The translations under genes and the position numbers were made by a program. Source: the human T2T-CHM13v2.0 reference genome, Homo sapiens. From it: 64,000 nucleotides of DNA. Location: NCBI RefSeq assembly GCF_009914755.1, contig NC_060931.1, one strand, 5' to 3'. This document shows, one piece after another, positions 27,908-43,287 of this stretch (the first letter of the stretch is position 1; each line of letters opens with the position of its first letter). The notes under the pieces were generated by a model. It worked only from the letters and a program-made list of their open reading frames with translations. It did no database searches and was not told where the DNA came from.

Positions 27908-28231
27908 GGCTGGCTGTGGTGTCGCACACCTATAATCCTAGCGCTCTGGGAGGTCAAGGTGGGAGGACTGCTTGAGCCCAGGAATTTGAAACCAGCCCAG
28001 GAAACATAGTGAAACCCCGTCTCTACAAAAAAACGTTTTAAAAAGATTAGCTGGGCATGGTGGCGCGTGCCCATAGTCCTAGCTATGGGGTAGGGTTGGG
28101 GGAGGGCTGAGATGGGAGGATCACTTGAGCCTGGGAGGTCAAGGCTGCAGTGAGCTATGATTGTACCACTGCACTTGAGCCTGGGCAACAGGGTGAGACC
28201 CTGTTTCAAAACAAACAAAAAAAAAAAAAAA
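27908..28231 (+). mobile_element. AluJ-type SINE
   Basis: Alu dimer with GAGCCCAGGAATTTGAAACC and GAGCTATGATTGTACCACTG. Confidence 0.92.
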
Positions 28232-28399
28232 GGAGAGAAGGAAGTCTTTATATGGTTCCTTGGGACTGAGGGAGAGCATTCAAGGAAGGACAAATTTGAA
28301 AGAGTTCCCCTAGTTTAGGTGAGGTTCAGCCTAGTAGACAGCAGAGATGGTTGACATGGAGCTCATCTGGAGTTGCTGGGTAAATCAGGGCACTCTCCA

Positions 28400-28893
28400 G
28401 TGTGCAAGCTGGGGAGCGGGCCATCAGGCCTGGTGGCCTGGACATGCTGTGGGAGTCCAGGGCCAGCAGGGGCAGGAGCTCTTAAGAGCGCACAGGCAGT
28501 GAGGGCTCTGGTTTTCATTTGAGACCACTGCAGAAAGGTCATTGCTACACCAAGGCTGCAAGCTTGCAGAGGGATGACACTCAGGGCCTGAGGCTGGGGC
28601 AGGTTCCACCAAAAGCCATCACACTCACACCAACTCCTGAACCACCCCGGAGGCAGCAGCAGACTTCCTCCTGCAGTGACCCTCCTGTGCCCTCTACCGA
28701 AAAAGCTTCACATTTTCAGCTCATTATATACATATATGCATGTGTATACATGTATATAGTAAGTAAGATATACCTTTTCATTGTATTACTGACTTTAAAG
28801 GAGAAATACTTAAAGGAATCTTGTTGCTTATCACAGAGCGTATGTTAAAGGGTACATCTTGAGCTGAGAGGCAATACATTGATAAATGACACA
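28400..28893 (-). mobile_element. Third LTR41-like LTR remnant
   Basis: Terminal GAGCTGAGAGGCAATACATTGATAAATGACACA shared with the copies ending at 20459 and 23133. Left boundary uncertain. Confidence 0.55.
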
Positions 28894-29059
28894 GGAGGCC
28901 CAACATTTGAAAAACTGCCGCTTTCCTGGGTGTGTCAGCTCCACAATACGGAACAGCTAGCTGTGTTGGATTGCTCATACCATCCATGGACTTCAAGGAA
29001 CTGCTTACCACTCATTCTGGCTGTCAAATAGGAACACTAGACTATGATTGCAGCTCTGA

Positions 29060-29614
<555 letters not shown>

Positions 29615-30104
29615 TAGTTTGATTCTCTTCATGGTGCAAACAAGCTCCTATCACCAGAGGCTGGGGTTCAGAACCCAGGTGTTAAACCAGATGTAACCTA
29701 TTCCAACATTTACTTAAATTGTGTGTTAAGTCGTTGGAACCTCAGTTTTCTCACGTATAAAATGGGGATTAAAAAGCACCTGCCCACGTGACTGTTAGGA
29801 TTAAGTGAGATCATCTGTGCAAAGTACTTGAAACGTACCAGCCACGTAGTAAACGCTTGGTAATAGTTACCATTACTGTGCTCTACTAATGGCCAAAACT
29901 CAGACTCCCAAAGAAATGGAAAGCTAAGCTGTTGCCTTTCTCACAATACTAAAATTTTAGCCATCATTTATACTTATTATGATTTTGAGTATCACTACCA
30001 ACTAAAAAAGAAATGAGTTTTGATGGGTTTTTACTCTCCCCTAGCTTCACTCCTGGATTAGAGAATTTGCAAGGATTTGCCTATGATTTTTCTTTTCTCT
30101 TTTT

Positions 30105-31977
<1,873 letters not shown>

Positions 31978-32351
31978 TCTTTTCTCTTTTTAATTCAGCT
32001 GACAGTGTTGTTCATTATTCACTTGAGGTGGTATTAGAATAAATTAATATTAAAATATTTAAATTTAGAACAATGTGTTCGCAATGCCATTAGGAAGATT
32101 TATCACCTGCAATGAGAAATCAGTGCTCCATTAGCTACAAACCCTCTCCAGTGAATTTGGAGACCTCAGGCTCAGATCATTACCCATCACCTCTCCCCCA
32201 CTCTGTCCCCTGACTGCTGTCTGGACAGCTGTTCGGGTTTACTGAGGGTGTGTTCTACTAACTCACTTTTTAACTTAGTCCTACATCTGGCTGGGGACTC
32301 TTTAATACCATCAGTCTAGACACTGAGCTAGGGCCAATAAACAATACAAGG

Positions 32352-32749
32352 TGTTAAGGGCTGACTTGTGCCTGCCCCCGTCATTCTTACCTTGAAGCCC
32401 AAACTCCAGTACCTCGGAAAGTGACCATATTTGGAGACAGTGCCTTTAAGAGGTGATTAAGTTAAATTGAGGTCATTAGGGTGAGCCCTAATCCAATCTG
32501 ATTGGTGTCCTTATAAGAGGAGGAAATTTGGACACAAAGAGACACATCAGAGATGCACGCACACAGAAAAAACCCATGGAAGAACACAGGGAAGGGAGCT
32601 ATTTGCAAGCCTAGGAGAGAGGCCTCGGGAGAAATGAAACTTGCTGACACCTTGGTCTTGAAACTCCAGCCTCCAGAACTGGGAGGAAATAAATTTCTGT
32701 TAAGACACCAGTCTGGTATTTTGCTATGGCAACCCTAGCAAACTAATAT
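32352..32749 (+). mobile_element. MLT1B-type MaLR solo LTR
   Basis: GGTGAGCCCTAATCCAATCTGATTGGTGTCCTTATAAG...GCAACCCTAGCAAACTAATA. Confidence 0.88.
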
Positions 32750-32828
32750 AGTAGCCCTTCCTTATCCTCACAGAACATGCTCCAAGACCCCCAGTGGATA
32801 CCCGAAACCACAGACAGTACCAAACCCC

Positions 32829-32862
<34 letters not shown>

Positions 32863-33260
32863 GTAGGCACAATAAGAGATTAACAATAATAACTAGTAAT
32901 TCAATAGAACAATTACAACAATATGCCAGCATCACTACTCTTGCACCTTGGGGCCATTATTCAGTTTATAAAAGGGTTACCTGAACACAAGCACTGTGAC
33001 AGTTCATTTGATCACCCAGACGGCTACGAGGCCACTAATGGGTGGGTAGCATTGACAATATGGAAACATTGGACAAAGGGATGAATTCATGTCCAGAGCC
33101 GGATGGTGTGAGATTTCATCCTGCTACTCAGGATGGCCCCCAATGTAAAACTTATGAATTGTTTATTTCTGAAATTTTCCATGTAATATTTTCAGACCAT
33201 GGTCGACCTTGGATAAGCGAAACCACAGAAAGCAAAACCTCAGATAAGGGTGGACTAATG
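32749..33260. mobile_element. Tigger2-type (TcMar) non-autonomous element inserted at a TA in the LTR end
   Basis: TIR-like ends TAGTAGCCCTTCCTTATCC / GATAAGGGTGGACTAATG. Internal (TA)n at 32829-32862. Confidence 0.85.
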
Positions 33261-33523
33261 TACGGATTTTTTTGCTTTTTTAAAAACTTGTAAATTTATG
33301 CAGCCACTTTTGGAGTACACAGATTACCTGCAATGTGCTTTTTCCAATCAACACTCTTATCTTTTAGATTTGTTCATACTGATATGTATCTAGGTCTAGG
33401 TAATTCTTCTGTTGTGTAGATTTCCATCCTACTAATACTACAACTTATTTTCAATTTCTTTTGTTATTGTTATGTACGATGTGAACATGACCTTCCTTGC
33501 ACATGCAGTAGGGGTTCTCTGGG

Positions 33524-34007
33524 TGTTGCGCCCAACCCCTATTAACCTCAATAGGGAAGGCACCAGGTTCGACAGGCCAAAGAGGAGATCCAGAGCCAGC
33601 AAAAGAGACATGGGGCTTTATTAGGGGCTTGCATATGGGGGAGACAGTCCAGTGGCAGCAGGCTGGACAGGAGAACCGCCTTATGCATAGAAATAGTCCA
33701 GTGCTGACAGGCTGGATGAGATAACCGCATGGCCTGTCTAGTGGTGGTGGGCTGGGCAGGAAAACCACAACACTCACCCCCTAATGGCCTCCACCTGGCA
33801 GTCTTCATTTACCAAAACTCAGAGCCTCGATCTCCCGCATGGCTCATGTTCCACGGGACAGGCCTGGGGCTCAGACACTTATCATTGATAAGGAATGAAT
33901 CTTCAGGTTCATTCCCTAGTGCAGAACACACATTCAGGTGTGTGTGCCATACAGGCTCATTCTCAGGGTATGCTGAAGTTACTGCTCTCAGCTCCATTTA
34001 CCCTTCA
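33524..34007 (-). mobile_element. LTR47-like solo LTR, copy 1
   Basis: TG...CA termini, TSD CTGGG/CTAGG. Homologous to 43518-43961 and 44139-44630. Confidence 0.85.
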
Positions 34008-34049
34008 CTAGGTCACACCTATAATTGAACATTTTGGCTCACAGTGCTA

Positions 34050-34350
34050 AAATATCCTTTTTTCTAGTTTTAAATTGACAAAAGTTGTATATATTTCTTG
34101 TGTACAACAGTTTTTTTTCTACCTTTCCAACTTTTAGGTTCAGGGGATAGATGTTCAGATTTGTTACATGGATAAATTGTGTGGCGTGGGGGTTTGATGT
34201 ACAGATTATTTCATCACCCAGGTAATGAGCATAGTACTTGATAGGTAGTTTTTTTATTCTCACCCTCCCCCCACCCTCCACCCTCAAGTAGGCCACAGTA
34301 TCTACTGTTTTCTTTGTGTCCATGACAACATGTTGTTTTGAAATATGTAC
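34050..34350 (-). mobile_element. Short L1MA 3' end with a nested old L1PA 3' fragment
   Basis: GTACAGATTATTTCATCACCCAGGTAATGAGC with ACAACA flanks. Confidence 0.75.
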
Positions 34351-34354
34351 ATGT

Positions 34355-34552
34355 ATGACCATGTGATGAGGCAGCAAGAGAGGGGCTGTGTACAAGCCTG
34401 GAACAGATTCTTCTATTATGGACCCCAAAGGAAACCAACCCTGCCAGCACCTTGATCTTGAACTTCCAGCCTCCAGAACTATGAGAAAGTAAATTTCTGT
34501 TAAGCCACCCAGTCTGGCATTTTGCTTTGGAAACCCTAGTAAACAATTGCAC
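34355..34552 (+). mobile_element. MLT1 MaLR LTR 3' part
   Basis: CCAGCCTCCAGAACTATGAGAAAGTAAATTTCTG...CCCTAGTAAACAATTGCA. Confidence 0.75.
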
Positions 34553-35366
34553 AAGGACAGGCAAAACTCACTTGTCCAAACAATTGTTAAAAGTAACACA
34601 AGATGTATTCCAGGGAAGCAAAACATGATTGAGAGCTACATTTCCATCTTAAAGTAAGAAGCAGTTGACAGGGCATCCCACCAGATCTGTAAGGCTGTGC
34701 AGTGTGGTTGTTAAAAGCAGACTCCAGAGCCAAACTGCCTGGGTTCAGGTCCAAGCCCTGCACTTGCTGGCCATGAGATCTTGACCAAGTTACTTTGCCT
34801 CTCTTTGATTTTCTCATCTGGAAAATGGGGACAATAGCAACACCTGCCTCCCAGGGCTGCTGTAAGTACTATAGAAGTTAACAAATGGAACACCTGGCAC
34901 ATGGAAAAATGCTAAGGACAAATTTGCTGTTTTTATCTGGTCTTTGAAAAAGATTTCAGAGGAAATATAATTAAAGGTTGTTCCAATTGATTTCCACCTG
35001 CCAGCATGCCAGAAGACCCCTTATTTATAAGATCCCTTTCTTGGTTTAGACTTGTCTCCCTTTGCCAATTTTATTTAAAAGGATAATGACCCACTTTTAG
35101 TAGAAAGCCCCAAGGATGCTATTTTGAGAGGAAACTCTCAGGAAATTCCCAAGTAATCTGCAGGGGGAAAAGATATCAGTTTCTTAAATCTGCTTAAAAG
35201 CCTGCCAGCTCCCAATTAGTCTGCTGTCTTACAAGTCAGAACAGTGGGTTAGTAAGGGCTGGATCTCTGGGGGTGCTGACTGTGAACACTGATCCAGCTG
35301 TGCTCTTGTGAGCTGTGCACGTGTGTGTATGCATGTTCAACTTCAATATAAACTTTAGTTAAATAC

Positions 35367-35728
35367 TGATATGGTTTGGCTATGTCCCCACCCAAATCTC
35401 ATCTCAAATTGTAGCTCCCATAATTCCCTCGTGTTGTAGGAGGGACCCAGTGGGAGATAATTGAATTTTGGGGGCGATTCCCCCCATACTGTTCTTGTGG
35501 TAGTGAGTTAAGTCTCTCAAGATCTGATCATTTTATAAGGGGAAACCCCTTTTGCTTGGATCTCACTCTTCTCTTGTCTGCTGCCATGTGAGACGTGCCT
35601 TTTACCTTCCGCCATGATTGTGAGGCCTCCCCAGCCACGTGGAACTGTGAGTCTATTAAACCTCTTTCTTTGTAAATTGCCCAGTCTCGGGTGTGTCTTT
35701 ATCAGCATTGTGAAAATGGACTAATACA
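35367..35728 (+). mobile_element. THE1-type MaLR solo LTR
   Basis: TGATATGGTTTGGCT...GGACTAATACA with a perfect TSD AATAC on both sides. Confidence 0.93.
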
Positions 35729-35884
35729 AATACCCTACCAAGAGATATAGTTCAAACTCACCCAAGAACCTTTGAATTCCTCCTACATCTTCTTCATGGA
35801 TATTTGGAAATTCCTTTGGCAAAGAGTTCCAATCCTCTTGAGACTAAGCTGAGGTGGAGGGAGCCCCAGAATGGGACCCCTAAA

Positions 35885-36153
35885 ATATCAGATAAATAAA
35901 ATATTTCGTATGAAGATATCCCATGTAATACTCAGGACATATTTCTGCTAAAGAATATTTTTTTCTTATTTGAAATTCAAATTTAACTTGGGCATTCTGT
36001 ATTTTTATTTGCTAAATTCAAATTTCAGATAAATCTTTTAGAATATAGTATAAGTATGTTCAAAATATTATATATTTGGGATTATTTATACTAAAAAAAT
36101 TTATCTGAAATTCAAATTTAACTGGGTGTCCTGTATTTTATCTGACAAACCTA
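35885..36153. mobile_element. Two tandem partial MER53 palindromic MITEs
   Basis: The GAAATTCAAATTTAACT...GG...CTGTATTTT end motif occurs twice. Confidence 0.7.
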
Positions 36154-36597
36154 TTCTGAGTGCTTTACACATATTGATTCATTTAACCCTCATATAAACG
36201 AATAAGGGAGGTACTATTATTACCTCCATTTTATAGATTAGGAAACTGAGGAAAGGAGGCTGAGTAGTTTTCCCAAAAAATCTGTCAGTACCAAGTACTG
36301 ACAAAAATGCAGAGCCACCGGAATTCTCATATACTGCTGGTGGAAATGCAAAATGGTACAGCCACTTTGGAAAATCATTTGGCAGCTTTTTAAAAAGTTG
36401 AATATACACCTAACATAAGACACTGCCTACCATTTATCACCTATCAAAACACTTTTGGAAGTGTTTTGATTTGATACGATGAGGCTAAAGACAAAGACCT
36501 GCACACAAACACTATATTCTAGCTGATAAATATGTATCCTCACAGGGGCTTAGGTTAAAAATTTGGAAATTATTTGTATACCTGAGAGGAATAAATA

Positions 36598-37725
36598 CAG
36601 TCACGCATTGCATAATGATGTTCAGACAACAATGGACTGCATATATGATGGCAGTACCATGAGATTATAATGGAGCTGAAAAATTCTCATCATCTTGTGA
36701 CGTCATAGCCATTGCAATGTCAGAGTGCAACACATTATTCACGTGTTTGTTGTGATGCTGGTATAAACAAACCTATTGCACTGCCAGTCATACAAAAGCA
36801 CTGCACATGCAATTATGTACAGTACATAATACTTGCTAATAACCATGTTACTTATTTATTATCCTATACTTTTTATAATTATTTTACAGCTTTTTTTAAA
36901 GGTTAATTGTAAAACAGCCTCAGGTAGGTACTTCAGGAGGTATTCCAGAAGAAGGAATTTTTATCATGGGACATCACAGCTCTGTGTGTGTTATGATTCC
37001 TGAAGACCTTTCAGTGGGACAAGATATAGAGGTGGAAAGCAGTGATATTGATGATCTGGACCCTGTGTAGGCCTAGGCCTATGTGTATGTTTGTATCTTC
37101 ATTTTTAACAAAAATTTTAAGAAGTAAAAAAGAATAAATAATTTAATATATAAAAAAGCTTGTAAAATAGGGATATAATGATGTTATACAGCTGTACAGC
37201 ATGTTTTAAGCTAAGTGTTACTACAAAAGAGTCAAAAAAGTTTATATGGTAAGTTACAGGAAGCTAAGGCTAATTATTGAAGAATGTTTTTTATAAGTTT
37301 AGTGTAACCTAAGTCTTCAGTGTTTTATGCAGTCTATATTAGTGTACAGAATGTCCTAACCTTTCACTTTCACTCACCACTTGCTCACTAACTCACCCAG
37401 AGCAGCTTCCAGTCCTGCCAGCTCTATTTATGGAAAGTTTATACAGGTGTACCATTTTTATTCTTTTACTGTATTTTTACTGTTTCATTTCTGTTTAGAA
37501 AGACAAACACTTACCACCGTGATACAGCTGCCTACAGTATTCAATAGAGTAGCATGCTCAACAGATTTGTAGCTAGGAGCACTAGGCTTGCAGATAGCCT
37601 ACATGTATAATAGGCTCTACCATCTAGGTTAGCGTAAGTACACTCTACAATGTTTACACAATGAAAAACATCTAACGACACATTTCTCAGAATATATTCC
37701 TATCATTTAAGTGATGCATGAGTGC
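36598..37725 (+). mobile_element. Tigger3-type DNA transposon
   Basis: CAGTCACGCATTGCATAATG...AAGTGATGCATGAGTG. Same family as 63691-64000. Confidence 0.85.
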
Positions 37726-38775
37726 ATACTGCAGAGCCAGTTTCTCACTATTGGATAAAGAAGTTACAAATATGGAAAGGAGAAAAGCTAGAATAAACTC
37801 CAGTGCTGGACTGTAGTTAGTTATCATGCTGACTCATGTTTAAAAAAAAGATATGCACACTCACATTCAGATAAATACAGAAATAAAAGAGGTGTGCATA
37901 GACATAAATTATTACATGTACCTATATTACCTAACTCTCCACTGAGACAGCCTAGACACAATTGCACTCCAGGAGCAATGAGTACATCCATTGCCCATAT
38001 CTTGGTTTCTAAATACCATTCTCCAATTAAAGTCTCCTTGGAGAACCAGTTAATTCTAGGGCTGGGGCAGAGAAAATACAAAATGAGCCTGGAGTATCTT
38101 GTGGTGCAGGAAGTAAAGAAGTGCCATAAAACAAATATATAAAGGATGTAGCCGTATCGAAAGAGCACAGGAGCCACCTGAAAGCATCCCCAAAGGCCAA
38201 AGTTGACTTGAGGGGGCAAAAATAAGTGATTAGATTGTAACAAAAAGTAAGATGAATATCTATGAGTCCATATTGATATAAATTTACATTGATACACTTT
38301 TATTCAAATGAGGGAGAATTGACAAGTCTCCCCTTCAGAAGAATTCCAATTGACAAATGTAGAAGGAATGAGGGAAATAAACCACTATTAGAACACCACA
38401 GTAATCGGCAGTAATCCCAGCACTTTGGGAGGCTGAGGTGGCCGTATCACTTGAGGTCAGGAGTTCCAGACCAGCCAACATGGTAAAACCCCATCTCTAC
38501 TAAAAATACAAAAACTAGCCAGGTATGGTGGTGCATGCCTGTAGTCCCAGCTACTTGGGAGACTGAGGCAGGATTGAATCCTGGAATAGAAAAACTGGTG
38601 AAAAACATAGGGTCTGCAGTTTAATTAGTACTATTGTAGTGAGGTTAATTTCTTAGTTTTCATGAACATTCTGTGGGTATTGAAGATGTTAACATAAGCA
38701 GGAACTGGGTGAAGCATAAATGAGAACTCTGTACTATTTCTGCAACTGAGACTAAAATTATCTAAAAATAAAACA
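37726..38775 (+). mobile_element. L1MC/MD-type 3' UTR with an embedded doubly truncated Alu (38411-38573)
   Basis: Ends GAACTCTGTACTATTTCTGCAAC...TCTAAAAATAAAA. Confidence 0.75.
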
Positions 38776-39520
38776 TCACCCAAAAAATATAAAACCCTCA
38801 TTTCACCCTCATAATCCCTTACTCTAGCAAAAGAAAAAAATGTATTCAAGAGCCAATTTGGGCCTCTAAGAATAGGGTCAGGCTTCCACAATTTGTACCA
38901 ATAAACGATTTCCCTGGCCTGCTTTCATCTTTAAATTGAGTAAGGAAACCTAAAGAGCCTATTTTTTCCCCCTTTCCTTCTTCAAACTTCTAAGTCAGCA
39001 TTTCCTACGGAGTGCAGCCGATGCTTTTCCTCTCCCACACAGCTCAGGGCCCAGTGGGTGGGCTGCGCGCCTCAGCACTGTACTGACTCTTTCTAAGTGT
39101 GGTCAAGGGAAAACGAGCTCCCTAGAGGTGCCACGTGCTGTTAAAATATCTAAAACACTTCTAGAATTCTGAGGAAAGTGACGCAGAGGAAGCTCACTCA
39201 CTCAAGAGTTGCAAGGCCTGGTGTTAGGGTCCCCCGTTTCCTCATTTTTTTAGGAAAATGACTCCGATCCCTGAAAGTGTAAACTGCTGGTGAGTAAACA
39301 AGTAAAAACCATCTGCTGCCATCCAAAGATGCTGCCAGCTTATGACATTTCATAGCGCTGCCTACCTCTTCAATCTTCCCACAAGGCAGAATTGTTTTTC
39401 ACCTACCAGATATTTGACATCACTGAGGTATTAGATACTGTACGAGAAATAGACTGCTCCTGATTTTTCAATTAGCTCACAAGGTAAAGGCAAATTTTGA
39501 TTAACAGAAATTGTTTTCAA

Positions 39521-39816
39521 GGCCAGGTACGGTGGCTCACACCTGTAATCCCAGTGCCATGGGAGGCTGAGGTAGGATTACTTGAGTTCAGGAGTTCGAA
39601 AGCAGCCTGGGCAATATAGCAAGACACTGTCTCTACAAAATATTTTAAAAGTTAGCCAGATGTGGTGCTACATACTTGTAGTCCCAGCTACTCAGGAAGC
39701 ATAGGCAGGAGAATGGCTTGAGCCTAGGAATTTGAGGCTGCAGTGAGCTATGATTGCACCAGTGCACTCCCGCCTGGGCAAACCTGTCTTCAAAAAAAAA
39801 AAAAAAAAAAAAAAAA
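39521..39816 (+). mobile_element. AluJ-type SINE
   Basis: Alu dimer with a long A tail. GTTTTCA TSD remnant. Confidence 0.92.
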
Positions 39817-42167
39817 GTTTTCATATTGCTAACGTACATCATTTGAGGTAACTACTTTAAAAGGCTGTGTTTCTGGCTATTGGAAGAATAGGTTAACCAC
39901 CAAAAAAAGGAAAATCATCGCTACTAACAAGAACTGGGTACTTAGGAAGATACCACCTAGGTAGAAACACCTTTAATAGATTCATGACATATTGGAACTA
40001 TTTATCTTTGGAGGCTCAAGGGATTGTTGGGACTTCTGGAATGAGAAAACTAAATTATTGTCCCTCTTTCCAGACATTAGGCCAACTTAAGCCTGAGAAG
40101 AGCACACCTAAGCTTGTGGTAGTTCATCTGTGCAAATGTGGTAAGTTGAAACCCCATATCTGGAAGGTATATGATGAGAGTCTTACATCCCCATGTGCAG
40201 CCACCAGCCTCCCGAGTCTGCACTTGTGCCTTAATCCCAGAGCCCCACAGAAGGGTGAAGGCAGGCCGGACACTCCTTGTCATTCCCAGGCCAATAGCAA
40301 ATGTCAAAAGTATCAGCTTGGAGTCTTTGATGTCCTGCAGGTCAGTGCTACTCAAAAATGTGATTGGCAAGTGATGTGTTACCTGTCCATGATGACGTAA
40401 GAACAGAGATTGAGAGTTAAGTCTTTAGAAGTTTTACGGCAAGTTGACAAGAGTAATTCAACATTGAATCTAACCATAAAAAATAAACCGTCCTTTCACA
40501 CGTTGCTCTAAACCAGAATTTCCTGACTTTTCTTGTGGTGTGCCTATGAATTTGGCAGAGTTCTGGTGGTGAAAGGAGTCTCCTCTTTTCACAGCAGTCT
40601 TCCTTCCCTGTCCAGATCTTTCTGCACCTACCCCTCTCCCAGCAGAAACATTTCACACATGTACATCCCATCCTCCCCCTCCTTCCCTGTCATGGCAGTT
40701 GGGAGGCTATGCAGGAGAATGGAAAGAGTCATGGGCTATGGAGGCGGGAGATTTACGTCTGACTTGCTGTGTAGTAACAGTGGCTTCAGCTGGCATCCAA
40801 CCTTAGTTTCTTCATTCATAAAATGGAGAGGATGATGATGGCGGGGCCTACCTCATAAGACTGCTCTAAGAGCACCCTCTGCATACTGTAGTGCCTATGC
40901 CTAGTGCTGCTGTCTTTGACTGGGCCCTTCAGAAAGTTGATCCTGAAGCAAGCCCAGGGCAGTGAGAGTGAAAGCAAAGGTGGAATTGAGGAAAGAAAGA
41001 TGAAAAATATAACGTGATGCATTACCGCACTGACCAGGACACCGCAAGTCATTAAGCAGGCATGCTTACCAGGAACACTGAGATTTTCTTCAGATGTTTT
41101 GCAAGGAGAAGAAACTGCAACTCACACCAGCCCTTGGAAGGGAAAGAGGAAGGACACCCTTTCTAGTTGATCAAGGATTACATCCTCTAGCTCCTGTCTA
41201 TCTCTCAGAAAACCAGAGAACATATCCCAAATTGTTACATTTCATCTTAGCCTAGATGTAGAAAGTGACTCAGGTGGGTTATGCCAAATAAGGGAGAAAG
41301 ACAGAAAAGCGAGTCTGAGAAAGCACACAAGATTTTGATTTAATGTGTCAGCTTCCAATGCCACTTCTACTACCATCCAACCTTCTTATACAAACGAGTA
41401 AGTGGAATGAGACAAGGTGGAATCTGTGTCTTGAGTGCTGAAATGATGACTGAGACATTTATTTAGGAGACACATTGAGTTTTTCAAAAACAGCCAGATT
41501 TTCTGGAGTTCTTCAAAAATTCTACTACCTGGTCTCCAACCCCAGAGACGACGAACTGGTAGTTCTGGAAGACTGGATTCTGTTTTAAGATGGTATATTT
41601 TTGCTCCATAGATGATTGTGAAGTTAGGGCTGGGACCCATGGTGATAGTTCCTGCATCACTCCAGGCTAGAGGTTCCACAGACTCCCGAGTGCCTCTGTA
41701 GACTAGATCACACCAGGAGTTGCAGTCTGGAGCTGTGATGGTGGTGATGGCAGACAGGATCCAGCAGGAAAGTAAAGTCCCGTTCCGCTGCCAAAAACCT
41801 GCCTGGGACTGACTAGTGCCCATCCCCGAGGCTGTATGTTGAGAATCAACTCCAAAGGCAGAAGGTAAGTGTATTAACCTATTGGTCACCAAACATGACT
41901 TTGTTTTATTATTAAAGGTCAAAGGGGTAATATAAACAGTTATGGGATGCTAAAATCCATCACATTCTGTTGTTGCAGTTCAACTTATATGCCTGGCAGT
42001 GTCTGTTGCTTTGAAGGGAAAGAAATAAATATATCATATACCTACAAATATCGTTCATTGTATATATGAATACCTATATATTTACATTCAAATATGTATA
42101 GATGTCCCATGATCATTTAACTTCAGGCCTACATGCTAGAGATGATAAAGCAGTAAAGACCCTGACT

Positions 42168-42320
42168 TCAGTGGTTCTCATCCTCGGCTGCCCCTGGGAA
42201 TCATCTGAGGAGTTTGCTAAAAAATACTGATGCCTGGTACCTACCTGCAGAGATTCTGATATTACATATCTGAGATATGGCCGGGACATTCTAGTCTGCA
42301 TCCAAGTTTAAGAACCACAG
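42168..42320. mobile_element. MER5A MITE
   Basis: CAGTGGTTCTCA...AAGAACCACAG. Confidence 0.8.
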
Positions 42321-43287
42321 CCTTATTTGGAGTCTAAAGCCCCCAAGTTGTACAGTCCTGTGTAATTTCTATGGGAAACCGGGAAGAGCCAGCTTCCTGT
42401 GTGGCCAGCAAGGGCAGCTACAGGGGTTCAAAATGGTCTGTTGACAGCTCTTTTAGGAAAATATTTATGCAGCTGATGTTGCACTGCCCTGGTACTTACC
42501 AAAGATAAGCTAAAACTGTCATCGTATACAGGGTGCTGCTGTTGATGGGCTTCTGTCTTGGTGAGATGCTGGAGCAGGGCTCAAGTTCCTGTAGCCATGA
42601 GTTCAAACAAGCTAGAGTTGCTGCAGATGGCTGTGAACTTTGTGTGACTGGTAGCATCTGAGCATCCCTCAACTTGGATAGAGCTCCAATCGCCTCTCCC
42701 TGACAGCTCACCCATGCCAGTGGTGAGTGGTGAGTGGACAGCTCCCATTCCAGTGGTGAGCCTAAGACCCAGGCAGGTAGCTGTGTGAACATTTGCCCAC
42801 AGAAAGCTCATCATTATAGATCTGAATTCCTGAATCCAAATGAGAAACATCTCCTGATTACTCAACAGCTACTCATATGTTCTTTGAATGAGCTGATATA
42901 TTTGGAAGATCAGGTCCCTGATATCTGTCTGATTAACCGACATGCCTCATAGTATCCTCATCTCCCAGAGAGAAAAGTAATGCATCCCTGAGTCTCTCCA
43001 GGCTTGAAGGCAGGGGTTCATCTGCATCTCATTTTATCCCCACCTAAAAATGTCACTGCCCTAAGAAGTAGGTTCCTATCCTGGCCTGCGTGTGGCTGCT
43101 CCTAACGGGCACCTGGCATCTCCCTGCTGGCCAGTACACTAGCAGCTCCTGCCTTTCAGACAGCATGGTATACAGTCACATCCGCCTGGAGTCAGGACTA
43201 GAGGCGCCACACACTCTCTTGCACTAGGCAATGCCGTGTCCCTGCTGCACGCACCTGTCCATGTGGGGCCTTGAGCTGGATTTCGTT

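Noticed and set aside
34039-34626. 195-aa ORF, the longest in the track
   Set aside because: Chance read-through across MLT1 and L1 3'UTR pieces.
41386-41922. 178-aa ORF on the STEAP1B strand
   Set aside because: Non-ATG start, no recognisable domain and no convincing splice context; within chance expectation.
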